A DNA stretch of 64,000 bases. Origin: Camelus ferus (Eukaryota). The stretch lies in assembly GCF_009834535.1 (NCBI RefSeq), contig NC_045697.1, forward strand, positions 100,504,001 through 100,568,000, read 5' to 3'. Shown here one piece after another: positions 1 through 13,831 of the stretch (position 1 is its first letter; each line of letters starts with the position of its first letter). The notes under the pieces were generated by a model, which did not search any database, was not told where the DNA came from, and saw only the letters and a list, made by a program, of their open reading frames with translations. Both the position numbers and the translations under genes were made by a program.

Positions 1-788
1 TGTTATGAAAGGAACCTAAGAGCAGCCTAGAAGGTGGAGAAACGTCAGTTTGCTGGTAGATGGCACCTGACGAGCTATGGGGCATTTAATTTGAATTTCT
101 AAGGGGAGAAGCCTCAGGTCCAGCTGGCTCACTGCTTCCAAATCTTTCATTTTTCTGTCTTTCTATAGGCCTGAAACAAATGCGGAAGCGTGAAGAATTA
201 TTCAGCCCTCATCAAACTAAAAATAAAAGTATGGGAGTTTACCAGGAAGAACTAAGTTGTCTCTAATATTGAATTCAAGACTCCTTTATTGCAAGTAGAA
301 ATACTACCCATACTTTTCTGACATAGTCTTACTGTCACTGTAGATAGTCAACTAAAATCCTCCTTTAACATAGTTCCCCCAAAGAATACTGCATGATCTA
401 ATGGACAAATACTTGAACGTGAGTTCTATTTAAGATACAGCATTGCTCTTTGGGGGACTAAGGTCAACCTTTCAAATTACAGTTCTGTAAGGAATGGCCA
501 TGAAGAAACAAAGCAAAGAAATCAAGGGGTTGGAGCTTTCTGATCTATAATTTCTTACATACCAGAACCTGGAGAACCTCAGGGTTAGCGTGCGCATCCT
601 TGAGATTACTCCTTTCAAGTGCAAATTGTGGTTTCTGAGAGAATACAGGCTCTAGGTTAATTCAGTAAGCCTTACCCAGCTTTTAGCCCAACATTCTTGC
701 TAAGATGAAATAGGAGGCAATTCAGAGTTTTAGATGCTCAGTGAGTCCTCAAGGTGCAAGTACTTACTTACTATTATTGATTTAAATT

Positions 789-890
789 GGGGTCAACATA
801 CTGTTTCCTGTGAGGGGCAGATAGTAAATATTTTAGGCTTTGGGGTCATAAGTCTCTGTCGCAACTACCCAACTCTGCTGTTTTAGTAGG
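789..890 (+). mobile_element. MER58-like hAT-Charlie DNA transposon fragment
   Basis: ggggtcaacatac...cagatagtaaatattttaggcttt...gtctctgtcgcaactacccaactctgc matches the recalled MER58A 5' end. Confidence 0.75.
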
Positions 891-2923
891 AGGATGGTGT
901 CGTGGGAAAGGAGGGGACTCTGCTGTGCATATTTCATTTGTTTTCACTCTGACTGCAATCTTACGAGATTTATATGATGATATGCCATTTTATACACAAG
1001 GAAACTGAGCAACAGAGCTCTAGAGCAATCCAAGAATTTAAACACTCCTGTGGAGCTCTCTGTGGTTGGATCTGACTTGATCAACTCTGTTTTCCTTGGT
1101 GAATATTTTCCCACATTTATTTTGAGATTAAGAATTGTCTCCTACACTCTAATAGATGTCTGGCCAACAGTAGTCTTCTCACAGAAGACACCGTGTTCTC
1201 ACAAGAGAAGCTAATGGCTTGATTTCTTTTTTATTATTATGAATTATTTAAGGTTTGTCTAACATAGGTGAGATTCTAGGGGACTTTCTCATTAATGGCT
1301 CACTTAATTTTATGTATGAGCTTACGAGCCTTTTATCAGCTTAACTCCATGAGTGTTTCTACCTTTGCAGAGTGAGAGTTTTCTATGCTTCACCTTCTCA
1401 TCCCTGTACTGTCTTGCCTGGAATGCTCCCGTATTCATTCATCCAACGGACATGTTTATAGTGTTGTGTGAATCATCTGTGAACCTTTAACCCGGGGTCA
1501 GTGCCTTGACCCCCCAGCCAGTCCTGGACACAGTCGTCTCCTGAATACTCCCCAGCTCTCTCCATGACTGCTTTCACGGTCAAGCCCCTCTGACTACTTT
1601 CCTCTGGTTTAGCAAACTCCTCCTCTTCCTCCATACAGCCTTTCACAGATTTGGGCAAGGATTTAAGCATCTGCATCCCATCATGGTAACTTCCTCATTG
1701 TAAGGAATATGAGCCATCAAAATAATTGCTAAAGAAAAGCCTGTCAATTCATACAGCAGAAGGAAAATAAAATGTTTTTCCAATACACCCCAAGGCTAGG
1801 ACAAGAACTCAGCAGGCAGCAGTGCTAATCAAAACAGACCTTCTGCCATGTTGGGAAAAGGGAGGAACAGACTTCCCACCTGCAGTGCTCTTCAGAACGA
1901 AAATTCAACTCTCTGATGGAGACATCTTCCTACCATAGTTGTGTGGGTAATGTCTTGGAAATAGAGTGAAAAACCTCAGACACTTGATATGTAAAATGAG
2001 ACACTGGCTTATGATCTCCAAGCTTATTTTAATATTCTACTATTCAAAAATTTTACTTCATATCTTTCAACTCTAGAAATAAGGTTAATGGGGATACCAA
2101 ATAAAATACATTTTTATTAGGCATGTTGTAGTTATAAATTAACAATGTGCTTGCACTTTGATTTTTTTTTTTTACCTAATCTTAGAAACAGAAAAAAAGT
2201 CTCTTGAAAATTGGCTAAGAAATTAGACAAGTGGATGAGGCAGGAATTTGTGACAGAGCATTTCTAGCTTTGCAAAGCCTATGAACTTATTTCAGGAGAT
2301 TTAACCATTTCTTCTGTCTTTAATTGAATTCAGTTCTCTAGCATTGTGTACCAGTGAACAATCTGTTTACTTTGTTGTTCTTTGTTTTAGTATTATTATT
2401 ATCAGTGCATGAATTTAAGCATATTTGGTGTATTTTAATTTATTACAGTTGTTATCCTTACAAAATGACCTTATTTTTGGCCAGTGAAAGCCTCTTTAAG
2501 CTGGTACTTACTGGTGTTTATTAATTGCCTTGCTATCTGTTGTGACAGGACATTTCAGGCTCATCTTGTGTGTTTCCTGCTGTGAACATAACTTTAAGGA
2601 ACCCTGGTTACTCTTTGTGGGAAATAGTATTTTCAAGACAATCTGAGCACTTTGCCATGGGGTCGGTCTTTGCTTCTTGGTCTTTTCAATGGACAGAGCT
2701 AGGACATATGTTTTTTAAAAAAATGCTTTATGAAAAAAATCTCAATATGAAGATGAGCTTCCAATCAAAATTTAAATACAAAGAGTTTTTAATCTCTACT
2801 AACCTTAAATCTGTGTTTACTTTCTTGTCCCTCAAGAATCTCATTTCCAATGACCCTGGGAAAGGTAAAACTCTATAGAATATCCCAAAATTATTCACTG
2901 GCTTCATTCCACTACCTACACAA

Positions 2924-2924
<1 letters not shown>

Positions 2925-2953
<29 letters not shown>
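2925..2953 (+). repeat. (CA)n microsatellite
   Basis: Direct reading. Confidence 0.95.
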
Positions 2954-2958
<5 letters not shown>

Positions 2959-2989
2959 CTCAGAGCAGTAATACCAGGACCACTGCAAA

Positions 2990-5120
2990 TATGGTTTTAG
3001 GTTGGATTTCTGAGATGGGGAATTTTCTTTTTTGCAAGTAAGTGAGGATTTATTTGGGAAAAAGGCAAGGGGATAAGGGAAACAGAACAGCAGGGCAAGA
3101 TGGGCAAAGATACAGTTTCATGGGAAGTCAGGCATTAAGCCTTATACTTTGGAGTGTGAATTGCACCAGAGGTTTTCTCACCCAGATGGGAATGGGGAGG
3201 CTAAGCCATTATACCATTGTCTCTGGCTATCGACCAACTGAAATGGGGATGAGTGCATAAATTCCAAAGCATTTCTGGGTCAGGTGGCTCCTGTCAGCCT
3301 AAGGCAATCTTCGACAGAAAGCCAGAGGTGTGAGCCATTAAAGGTCAAAACTCAAGCAGCTGAGAGATGGTTACAGTGTCTAGTAAATGAGATCTTTTGC
3401 ACCATACCAAGAGTATCTGTAGAGTCCCACCTTATACTACCGAAATCTATTCACTTTTCCCAGTGAGTGTTCTCTGTTCACTGACAGCTTCCCTGTGATT
3501 TTGGTTAGCTCCAATTTCTGGGAACTTTACAAGAGGAGAGTCAGTATGACAAATACAAGTGTTCACTTGTTGGTTCACAACTTTGGGAGTTTCCTGGATG
3601 AAATTTGATACTGGTTCCTGTACACAGATGTCAAAGAGACACCAAACAAAGGCACAGGCCACGCCAGCTTTGTAGGTAGCAGTTTTAATAAGCAGGGAAA
3701 CTTATGTATGAGGCTTGTCTTGGGCAGCTGACAGATGAGTAGATCTCTGCACCGGCCCGCCAGAATCTTATTAAATGTTTACAAAGAAGCCTTAATGGGG
3801 TTCAGTCATGTATTCAGTTCACATGGTTGCCAACAACACATTGCTCTCTCAAGGCTGTGTCCTTGAATGGCTCCCATGTGGGGACAATGGGAGGAGCATA
3901 CATTCCAAGGACAGAGGAGGCAGTAAGGAGCCTCCAAATGCCTGGGTCCAGCTCAGGGGTCAACTGGAAGTCATTTCCCCTCAGTGACCTCTTCTAACAC
4001 CACTGCTACAGTTGTTTCCAAGAAAATTGTTGACCCTGAACTTCTCTTTCCTCGACCACTTAGTCTAGATTCTCACCAACCTCATCTAGCATTTCTGATG
4101 GTGTAAGGGGCCTGCCTGGCAGGGTACCTCAGACCCTCCAACCTAAGCCTCTGATTATCATGCCTTTGTCAGCCTGTGATTATTATATGTATCCATTTCC
4201 AGTTAAAACTGGGCATGCAAATTCAAAGAGATGCCCAGTACATCACCCGAGGGCCAAAGAGATTCCTCTCTGCTCCACCACCCCCCTGCCCCTTTATTCA
4301 GCAGTAACCCAGTATCCTCATGATAATTAAAGTCACTTAACCCTGCCAGTATGGAAATACTTTGTTTGACAGTTGGTTCCCTGGCATGAGGAATCCAATG
4401 TGGCCGGGTAATAGTTGTAACTCTAGACATATAGAGCCAAGAATTGTGGGGATGTGAAGCATAAAATCCTCAAGTATGTCATCATGAATGAACAGGAATA
4501 GGAATAGGCATAATCATTATGAGTGGGAATAATCATTCCTATTTCTACCACCTTGATTCCTGGACTTAGTTATTCCAACTATGGCAGACATAATGCCATG
4601 GCATGGCCATTACTTTAAGATGAACCTCATCTTGAAGGATAGTACTCTATTCCTGCAGGGATTTATCTCTAAACTGATGCCTCAGTTATGCCCTCAAAAA
4701 GTCATTCTGTTGGTCTATCAGTCAAGTAGCTTCCGGACATTGCAGTGTGTGGTAGACCACAGTGGAACCCATAGTGATTGTCGATAGTTGCCCATCTCTG
4801 AATGGGAAAGCATGTCTTTTGGTCCAAGGAATTATTTAACATGATCCCATGTCAATAACTCAAACACTTCAGGTCTTCAAATGGCTGAGAAAGTGTGGGA
4901 AAGAAAGGCAAAACCATACCCTGAGCACCTGTCAATCTAGGCCAGAATGAATTTTGTATTTCTAGGGAGTAAAGCGTTGAATCTAATCAACTTGCCATCA
5001 AGTGGCTAAGTTAATTGCTTGATTTCTTCAAGGGGTGAAACCATACCAGAAGGTTTCAGCCTTAGACTTTGTCTTGGCAAGTTGGGTAGTCATAGCAGCA
5101 GTAGCTAGATCAGACTTGGT
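2990..5120. mobile_element. Old MaLR (MLT1-type) LTR plus internal sequence, interrupted by another LTR
   Basis: MLT-like start gttttaggttgg...gaggatttatttggga and ERVL-MaLR-internal-like decayed sequence; subfamily and limits approximate. Confidence 0.5.
3629..3999 (-). mobile_element. Solo LTR (old ERVL/ERV type) nested in MaLR
   Basis: TG...CA termini (tgtcaaaga...ttctaaca), ~370 bp, minus-strand ATTAAA near the left end. Confidence 0.55.
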
Positions 5121-5144
5121 GAGACAAAGAAGACTGAAAAATGG

Positions 5145-5235
5145 AATTTTAAATTTTAGTTAAATTTATTTCATTTAGATTTAAGTTTAAATGGTCATAT
5201 GTGTCTGATGGTTACTGTTTTGGATAGTGCAGCTT
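5145..5235. mobile_element. MER3/MER33-like hAT fragment
   Basis: tttaaatggtcatatgtgtctgatggttactgttttggatagtgcagct terminal motif. Confidence 0.6.
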
Positions 5236-5319
5236 TATGTAGTACTTTGGAGTAGGCTCCAGCATAAGTAAAAAGAGCAAGATAGATAAAGGAATCATTT
5301 ATGTATGCTACCATTACAC

Positions 5320-7240
5320 AGAAAGGTAAACCATGATATTAAATTGTTTCCTGTAAGAGGAGGGAGAAATTAGGTTGCAGTCAATAAGGTATAGAAGTGA
5401 TACTTTTTTGAATTTACTTTGCTTTATAGGTTGGACTTTGTAAACACGTTTAAAATAATTATAATTTAAATTAAATTTTAAAAAGCAATCTTTAAAAAGT
5501 GGAATGCAATCTAAAACAAACAAAAATGTGATGTGACAACCATAGAGATACGAACTATTTTAAATGACTGCGAATCACAGTAATTTGATTGTACAACTAT
5601 GTTTTCAGTAATCACATTTTTGGTGTTAACATTGGCATTGCTACCATCCTCAGACTATGCGTGTGTGGTGTAAGCTAACTTGATAAAACTTGAAATTGGA
5701 GTGTTCAGCATGAAAGAAAAGACATGCATGAAATTGATGAGGATAAGCCAAAACTGTGTATTCTGAAATTTGAATGATATATATCAGTATAATTTCATAA
5801 TGATTTTTGTCTGATGCATATATACTTATAATATGTAATGTATGATAAAATAAGTTTATAATATATAAGATTATATATATTTATCACATATAAGGTTATA
5901 TATACGAACAACATGATATATAGGTATAATTATACTATATAACATATATTATTCATATATAATCTTACATATAATAAATATATAATATATAAATGCAACA
6001 AATAATATGTACACATGTGTGTGATCTTATACTGTACACAAATATTAGACATATATATGTGTGTGTGTGTGGGTGTGTGTCCTCCATGGAGATATGGCTG
6101 TTTCTAGGTCTCAGGTAGGAATATACAATATGTGTCTAGAACATCTATGCTATCAAACATTGGTGCTATCAGAGACCGCTAGAATTCTGTCAAAAAGGTG
6201 CAAAAGCCAACTTGAACAGGCTCCTACTCACCAAAATTGGGATAATAAAGATAATAAAAAGAAGAGGTTGAAATACATTTAATACATTTAAATCCATGAG
6301 CTCATAATGGTACTTTAAGAATCTCTTTGATCATCACTGGAGATACTAGGGAAACAATGTTTTATTTAGAAAATGGATAAGTAAATGGAAGGCATCAAGT
6401 ACTTACCTAACCACTGCTAATAAAATTATTACTTTGGTGTAGCTGACAAGGGGAAATTTCTGTTTCTAAAAGTATCCCAACTAACAAGTAGAGACCAATA
6501 CGATTAGCAAATCATTTTCCAGCCCATAAAGAATTGACTGATCCAGGCAATGTTCATCAATGGCTGCTAAGATTACAGAGAATCAGACAGTAAGCCAGTA
6601 AGTACCTACTTTTCGAAGTAACAATACCACCTATGAAGCAGTTTTGTAAAAAACAAAAACAAATAAACAAAAAGCCCCCTGAATCATTCAAGTGCTTAAA
6701 TCTGACAAGTTAGAGGAAACAAAAGAGCCAGAGTCATGGAACATGTTAAATGACACCACAGGGAGTGAAATCAGTAAAACAAGCTGTGGGAAGCAGAAGC
6801 TACAGGTAAGTTATTGCAGGGAAACAATGGCAAGGGAGAAACCAACAACATGAATGGAGGTAGGAGCCTCTACCTTCATACAAGTGATGTATTAACCAGT
6901 CCAATGTGTGGGCTTTGTTTGGATCTTAATTCAAACATTCAAAATGTTAAAAATCACAATATAATTTGGAAAATGTGAACATTGGCTATTTGGTGGTATT
7001 AAGGGAATGTTTTTGTGTGTAGGTTTAATAAAAATGCTATGTTTTTTTTGTAGGGGAAGTGCTTATAATTTAGAGATATATAATGAAATTAATTTGAAAT
7101 TATATGATGTTGAGAATTTGCTTAGAGATGATCTGGGTGGAGAGATAGGAGGTAGCGATGATACAAGAATGGCTGAGTGAGGAATTTGTTTTATTATCCT
7201 CCTTTTTTTGTATGTGTTTGAAATACTGTATAACAGAAGG
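5320..7240 (+). mobile_element. Ancient L1 (L1MC/ME-like) 3' region fragments
   Basis: Decayed 3'-UTR motifs (gtgtgggctttgtttggatctt...ttggaaaatgtgaacattgg...tttttgtatgtgtttgaaat); limits approximate. Confidence 0.5.
5815..6080. repeat. AT-rich low-complexity (TA)n-derived tract ending in (TG)n
   Basis: Direct reading. Confidence 0.85.
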
Positions 7241-7248
7241 TTACAAAT

Positions 7249-7279
<31 letters not shown>
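7249..7279 (+). repeat. (GATA)n microsatellite
   Basis: Direct reading. Confidence 0.95.
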
Positions 7280-8537
7280 TAAAATATAATAATGATTTTT
7301 AAAATACAAGATCGTATTTTATCTTTTGCTTTTTGCCTTAAAATGCAATTAGTAAAGATGGATGGAGAAATTGTGGGGATTTTTGGGTTTGCTTTTAGCT
7401 TTTCCTTCAACAATCTGCAATTCTATCATTCCTTTTTTGTCTCCAATTAATAAGGACCTGACCTGATTTTCTTTGGTTTAAAATGCTCTCTGTGGCATTA
7501 CATGTCTTCAGGAAACCATGGTTAAGTGACCTCACTTTACATATCGTTTGGCCTCCCGAGAGAAAACTAAAGACCTAGCTGAATTTTTAGATGTTTTGAA
7601 GAGGTGGGCACAAAAATCATCTTCTTCTTTACTTTTCCTTTTCTCTTTATCATTCTCCAAGTTTCGCTTTCTCCATATAACTTGGGCCACCATCTTGCCA
7701 TTTTCCTAATCACTTATTTTTACTAAGACTCCTAAACAACAAGAAATACCTTATTCTAACACAGTGACCAAGTTCAGCTTTGGGTTGATCATACATTGTT
7801 TTATTGAATTTATCAATGCATATTGTCCAGAGTGCTATGTGGATTCCAGCTAAGGCATTATATACTCCTAGCTATCAACAAATTTATAGCTTAATTGAAG
7901 AGAGATAACTAATATGCTCACATGTGAAAGAAAAGGAAAAGCAACCAGTTTTATCCTAAAGTGACTAGTAGAGATTTTTAAACCCAGTATAGTGACAAAA
8001 AATGGAGAAAACAGTGCAAACTAATACACTCATAGAAGACTTAAGACTTGAGCTGATTTAAAAAAACAAAAAAGAACAGAATTTATACTGTTGGAATGAG
8101 AAGAGTAGGGGAGAAGAATATGAGCAAAGACACCTGAGTTGAAATGAACATGTAAGATATGGTCAACACTTGTTTAAGGATGAGTGTTAGAGAATACAGA
8201 GAAACTGGGTTGCAATGACCAAAGAGGTCAGATTATGCTGAGTCAGAAAAAAACAGATAAAAGGGCACCATGGATGTGGTTGACAGTAATAAGACATGAA
8301 TTCTTGGACAAGCGGTGTTTTAGGAAGGTTGTCTGGAAATGATACTGGGTAGGAGGGTATTACCACTCTTAGGTGCAGACACATGGGGTCCTGCCCTGGA
8401 ACCTCATGTTTCAGAGCATCTCCATACTTGGGAGCACCTTTCATAAAATTTTCTTATTTCTTGTCAAATACCAAGACCAGCTGGAGTTGGCAGTGACCTC
8501 AAGCAGATTTCTTTGAGCCTAGACCAGGGTAGCTGGT

Positions 8538-8980
8538 ACTTACATGAAGTATGAGTATGAAATAGTCAGACCCATAGAAGCAGTGCATAGAATGGTGGCT
8601 GCCATGGGATGAGGGGAAGGGAAGTGGAGAGTTGTGGTTCAGTGGGCATAAAGTTGCAGTTATACAAGATGAATAAATTCTAGAGATCTGCTCTACAACA
8701 TAGTGCCTATAGTTAACAATTTAGTTATCAATCTGTATTGCGCACTTAAAAACTTAAGAGGGTAAATCTTATGCCAAGTGTTCTTAACACACATACACAC
8801 ACACACACAAACAAGGCAAGAGGACACAAGAAATCTTTTGGAGGTGATAGATACATTTATTTCCTTGATTGTGGTAATGGTATCATAGATGTATGCATAT
8901 GTTCAAACTCATCAAAGTGTACACATTAAATAGGTACAGTTTTTTGGTATATTAAGTGGACCTCAATAAATATGAAAAAG
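8538..8980 (+). mobile_element. L1 (L1MA/MB-like) 3' UTR
   Basis: atagtcagacccatagaagcag...gttatacaagatgaataaattctagagatctgctctacaaca...cctcaataaa. Confidence 0.8.
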
Positions 8981-9835
8981 TTCAAAAGTGATCACATTCT
9001 AGCAATACAGTGGTGAGAGACCCCAGAATCAAGAGAACACATGGTAGGAAGAGGTATTATTTTCTGTTAATGCTGAATGGTAAATTAACGTCGCCAGGAA
9101 ATAACTATCTTTTATGTTTTCCTGCATGCTCTGGGCAAGACACATTCAGGCAGAGCATCAGTGATGCCCAGTAATAACCTGTGAGAGCCACAGGCAGCAC
9201 AGTGAGCGAGGGAGCATCTTGAGTTACGGTGTCAGCAGCATCACATACATGGTATTAGGGAAGTTCAGAGGCAAGAAGATGTATATTCGTCAACATAAAC
9301 AAGTTCTGAAGAATAGCAGTGTTATGAGTAGTCACATTACTACCTTTTTCTCATGATGGGAGATATACAATTAGCCAGGAAAATAAAGAACTTGGAAAGG
9401 TGTTTCCTGGACTTGAACACTGTGAAGAGTCTTCATATGCACTGATTATCAAAAAAAAAAAAAAAAAAAAAAGCATCTCTTCTCTATACATTATTCTAAA
9501 GCACCTTTGATAAACCATGCTACCCTACATGGGGCCATGAATTGTATAATACATTTTTAATCAACTGGTTTATATAGACAAGGATCCTGCAGAAAATATT
9601 TGCCCAGGAGTCTGCCCACTCTACAGTGGGCCTGGAGGGCGTGATCAGTGGAAAACATGAAAAACTATAGAAAGGAGGATCGGTTAGAAGGCATCGCAGT
9701 GATCAGGACAGAAGTGAGGCCAGACTAGACTAAGGTGAGAAATATAAGATGAAGAGAAAGGGGGTAAAACCGAAAAACATTTTAAAGAAAAAATAAATAG
9801 AATTTGATAGTAGTTTGAAGAGATGGAGCAGAAGT

Positions 9836-10002
9836 GGGGAGGGTATAGCTCAGGTGGTAGAGTGTATGCGTAGCATGCACAAGGTCCTGGGTTCAATCCC
9901 CAGTACCTCCTCTACAAATAAATAAATAAATAAGTAAGCCTAATTACCTACCCCCCCCCAAAAATAAAGCAAAATAAAAAATAAATTAAAAAAAAGAAAA
10001 AA
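9836..10002 (+). mobile_element. tRNA-derived camelid SINE (Vic-1-like)
   Basis: ggggagggtatagctcaggtggtagag (A box)...ggttcaatccccagtacctcc (B box), AAAT repeats, C run, A-rich tail; degenerate TSD agatggagcagaa/agatagaacagag. Confidence 0.9.
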
Positions 10003-12717
10003 AGATAGAACAGAGGCTCAAAGAGCACTTTAAGGCGTGTATGCTTAAAGACTAGAAAAATGTGCCAAAGTAGAAATAACTACTCATGGTAGAGAAGAAA
10101 GACCAGCTTGAGATACAGATACGTGTTGGGATATGTGGCAAGTTCTCAATCCAAAGAATCCTTCTATGGAATAAATAAAGGTCAGTTATGAAACTCTTAA
10201 GAAATCCAAGAAAAATGTTTGTCTCTTCTTTCACATGTGACAGGACATTGGAACCCACCTTGCAGCAAAATTTTCACAAATGATATCAGAAGTTGTGAGT
10301 TTAAATGTCAGTTCTTCCCTTTGGGCAAATTATTTAACATTTCTGAACCTTGGCTTTATTCCACGAGAGTGGGATAAATGATGTCTCTTTCACAGTGCTA
10401 TTTTGGGGGTGAAAAAAGATAACCTACGAGGAGGTGCCTAGCAGAGAGGGTTCAGTGCAGTTAGACTCAATAAATGTTGGTTCAAGTGAGATTAAATGAA
10501 ATTTACTAGGGTCCAAATTGCTCTGTTGTCCCACGTGTCCGATAACCCCATCCTCATTTCACATTGTGGCAGGAGCTCATCTACCATCGTCTGGGACACA
10601 GGTCTAGGACCACTACCTTCAGGAGTCTAAGATGAAACTTTTTCTTAACTGGGGAGAGTGAAAAATTGAAGATGTTAACCCCTGCAGGAAAAATGGTGTA
10701 TCTCTCTATAATATGCCCTATATCTTTTAGAAGTCTGCTTCCAATACTGCTTGAGATACAGTCACAAATAATAGCTCATTTGTATTATATGGTGAGGTGA
10801 TGTCCTCTTGAAAACATAAATTAAAATAGCATTCAATGAAGCTTTGAAAAAAGGAATGGGAGCCAAGACAGAGAGAATTTTAAATAGAATGTTACCTTGA
10901 TGATTTATTTGAATAACAATGTTCTTGGCAGCATGCTAGTGGAGGATGGGTGCAAAATCTCTATTACTCTCTGACCGCCTGTTTTTATGGCCTTCATTTA
11001 ACATGATTAAGTACCTGGTCTGTGCTTAGAGGCACCTAATGGCTTTCATTTCTCCCCAGTGCCTACATCTCTCTCTCTGGCTGTTGTTAAGATTTTGAGG
11101 AAAGGCATGCTGACTCCTTGGCCCCAGTAGGTGAGGGTTCAGTGGCCTTCAGCCTTGTAGGAATGGCTCGGTGTGTTCAATAGGAAAGCGATTTTGCTTA
11201 CTATGGCTCTGAGGTAGTTTGGAAATGCTTCTTTTTCCAAGCATGAGAAAAAGATGCTCATGGTGACTTACCAAACTGTAAAATAGTTCTTACCCTAAAG
11301 GGGGAAAGTCAGGTAATTTGTGGAATTTAAAACTTTATTGGGGAAGGTCCTTGGAGAATTTGCTTCCAGTAGCTTGAAATAGGCTTAAAGCTTGGGAGAA
11401 AGTGGTGCATTTTATCACGGTGAGGAGGAAGGACGTGATGCAATCACAGCAGAGACAGTTGAGAATAATTCGGGCCAGGCCAGGGCCCAGAACAATGACT
11501 GTCTTCTGGTTGACAGAACGGGTCTGCATTCTGATTGGATAATGGAGTGGGAGCAGGTTACCATTCCAGAAAAGTATGTGTGAACTGATTCAATGACTTT
11601 CTCTCCATCTTTCACCAGGCTTACGAGCAGACACTAAAAGAATTCTGGTGTTCACAAGTTAGCAGATTGACAGCTTCGGTGTTTGTCATTGTGGTTGCTG
11701 ATCGTCCTGTTTTTCCCCAATGTTGAGGCAATTAGGGACTCATTTACCCACTTACCTCACAATCACTCTTTATTTTTCTTTTCCATTTTCTTTCAACAAA
11801 ACAGAACCCATTCTTGCAATAGTTGGTGTGCACATAGGTTTTTTAATTCATTATATGTTCTTGCTTTCTTCAACCTGAGCACTCCTCTCAGAATTACCCA
11901 CACTGATCCCAAAGGCAATGTATGTGTGTGGTTGTTTAAATCCACAGACTTGCTTGGATTCAGATGCTAGCTCTTTCATTGACTACCTGTGAGATGTATG
12001 ACCCATTGCTTATCCTCTCCAATCCTCCATTTATTCAACTTCTTTGAGTTGTCTTAAGGATTAAATGGTATGTATATTTTTTCAGTCAACAATATTCACT
12101 GAGAACCTTGGATGTACATGATAAACAGCAGCCAGTTCCGGGGGACACGATGGCTAAAACAAGAGCAATGACAACAAAACCTGTCTCTCCTGAGGGATCT
12201 CATGCGTTATCTAGGGAGGCAAGCAGTAAACATAAATATAGAACCAAATGATTTGGAGTAGTATTCGGTGCTATAGAGAAAACTAATTCATGGCCAGTAA
12301 ACAAAGAGGGGCATGGAGTGCTGGTTTAGACTGGGGGACATGAAATTCTTGTAGAGAAGTAGAGGTCTGAATCAGTGCTGGAAGGGTCCATGTAAATACC
12401 TGCAGAGAGGATTTCAGGAAGAGGAAGGCAACAGCACAAAGACTCTGGGGTGAAAACATGCTTATCTGTGTCTGTATCTGAGGAACAGTAGGAAATGGTT
12501 GTGAGGAGGAACTTAGCTTAAGAGTCTGATGCATAGTAATTGATTAGTAAACTGACTATTTTTAGCACTATAAACAAAGACGCTTGATTTAGTCTTTAAT
12601 GGAAATGGTCCTGCAGACAAGTTGTCTTCCTCTATCCTGAATATTGTCATAAAGTCATCTTTGCTTGTTGTATTTTACCTGGCTCTTGTGATATCTGAGT
12701 GTCCCTTTCTGATTTTT

Positions 12718-13567
12718 TTCAAACTTTTTTTTTATTGAGTTATAGTCATTTTACAATGTTGTGTCAAGTTCCAGTGAAGAGCACAATTTTTCAGTTATAC
12801 ATAAACTTACATATATTCATTGTCACATTTTTTTTCTCGCTGTGAGCTACCACAAGATCTTGTATATATTTCCCTGTGCTCTTTCCCAGTATAATCTTGT
12901 TTATCTGTTCTACATTTTGAAATCCCAGTCTGTCCCTTCCCACACCCTACCCCCTTGGCAACCACAAGTTTGTATTCTATGTCTATGAGTCTGTTTCTGT
13001 TCTGTATTTATGTTCTTTTTTTTTTTTTTTAGATTCCACATATGAGCGATCTCATATGGTATTTTTCTTTCTCTTTCTGGCTTACTTCACTTAGAATGAC
13101 ATTCTCCAGGAACGTCCATGTTGCTGCAAATGGCATTATGTTGTTGGTTTTTATGGCTGAATAGTATTCCATTGTATAAATATACCACAGCTTCTTTATC
13201 CAGTCATCTGTGGATGGACATTTAGGCTGTTTCCATGTCTTGGCTGTTGTAAATAGTGCTGCTATGAACATTGGGGTGCAGGTGTCATCCTGAAGTAGGG
13301 TTCCTTCTGGATATATGCCCAGGAGTGGAATTCCTGGGTCATACAGTAAGTCTATTCCTAATCTTTTCAGGAATGTCCATACTGTTTCCCACAGTGGCTG
13401 CACCAAACTGCATTCCCACCAGCAGTGTAGGAGGGTTCCCTTTTCTCCACAGCCTCTCCAGCATTTGTCATTTGTGGACTTTTGAATGATGGCCATTCTG
13501 ACTGGTGTGAGGTGATACCTCATAGTAGTTTTGATTTTCATTTCTCTGATAATTAGTGATACTGAGC
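12718..13567 (-). mobile_element. Young 5'-truncated L1 (ORF2 C-terminus plus 3' UTR) with perfect 15-bp TSD
   Basis: Uninterrupted ORF2 C-terminus ([23 protein letters not shown]...[10 protein letters not shown]); TSD ccctttctgattttt at 12703-12717 and 13568-13582; endonuclease-like TC/AAAAA site. Confidence 0.95.
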
Positions 13568-13831
13568 CCCTTTCTGATTTTTGAATGTCTTCTATACAGC
13601 AGCGAGTATAAGCCTGAAGTCTGGGCTCCACATGTAATTTATACATCAAATCTAGGACGCTTCCTCCCTCCCCCCATCCCTGAGTGAGGATGGCTTCAGT
13701 ATGCTACCAGATGGCTTGGGCATGTTCTTATCAAACCATTTAATATACTGCAGTGTAAGGTGTTTTGTGCCACATATTAGTCTATCTTTTCTGTTTTCTT
13801 TATTTCTCACCATCCATAAACTTCTGGAAAG

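Noticed and set aside
9836..9915. tRNA-like sequence with A and B boxes (also at 26824, 33750, 50800)
   Set aside because: Followed by AAAT/A-rich tails and mostly flanked by TSDs, so these are SINE heads, not tRNA genes.
11415..11635. C1q-like (VSLVKDGEKV) or TM5-like (VLGPGLARIILN) peptide resemblance
   Set aside because: Only short motifs, with no supporting flanking conserved residues, and out of order relative to the GPCR relic; no family assigned.
13029..13649. 206-aa ORF, the longest in the track
   Set aside because: It is the L1 ORF2 C-terminus read in from flanking DNA, not a host gene.
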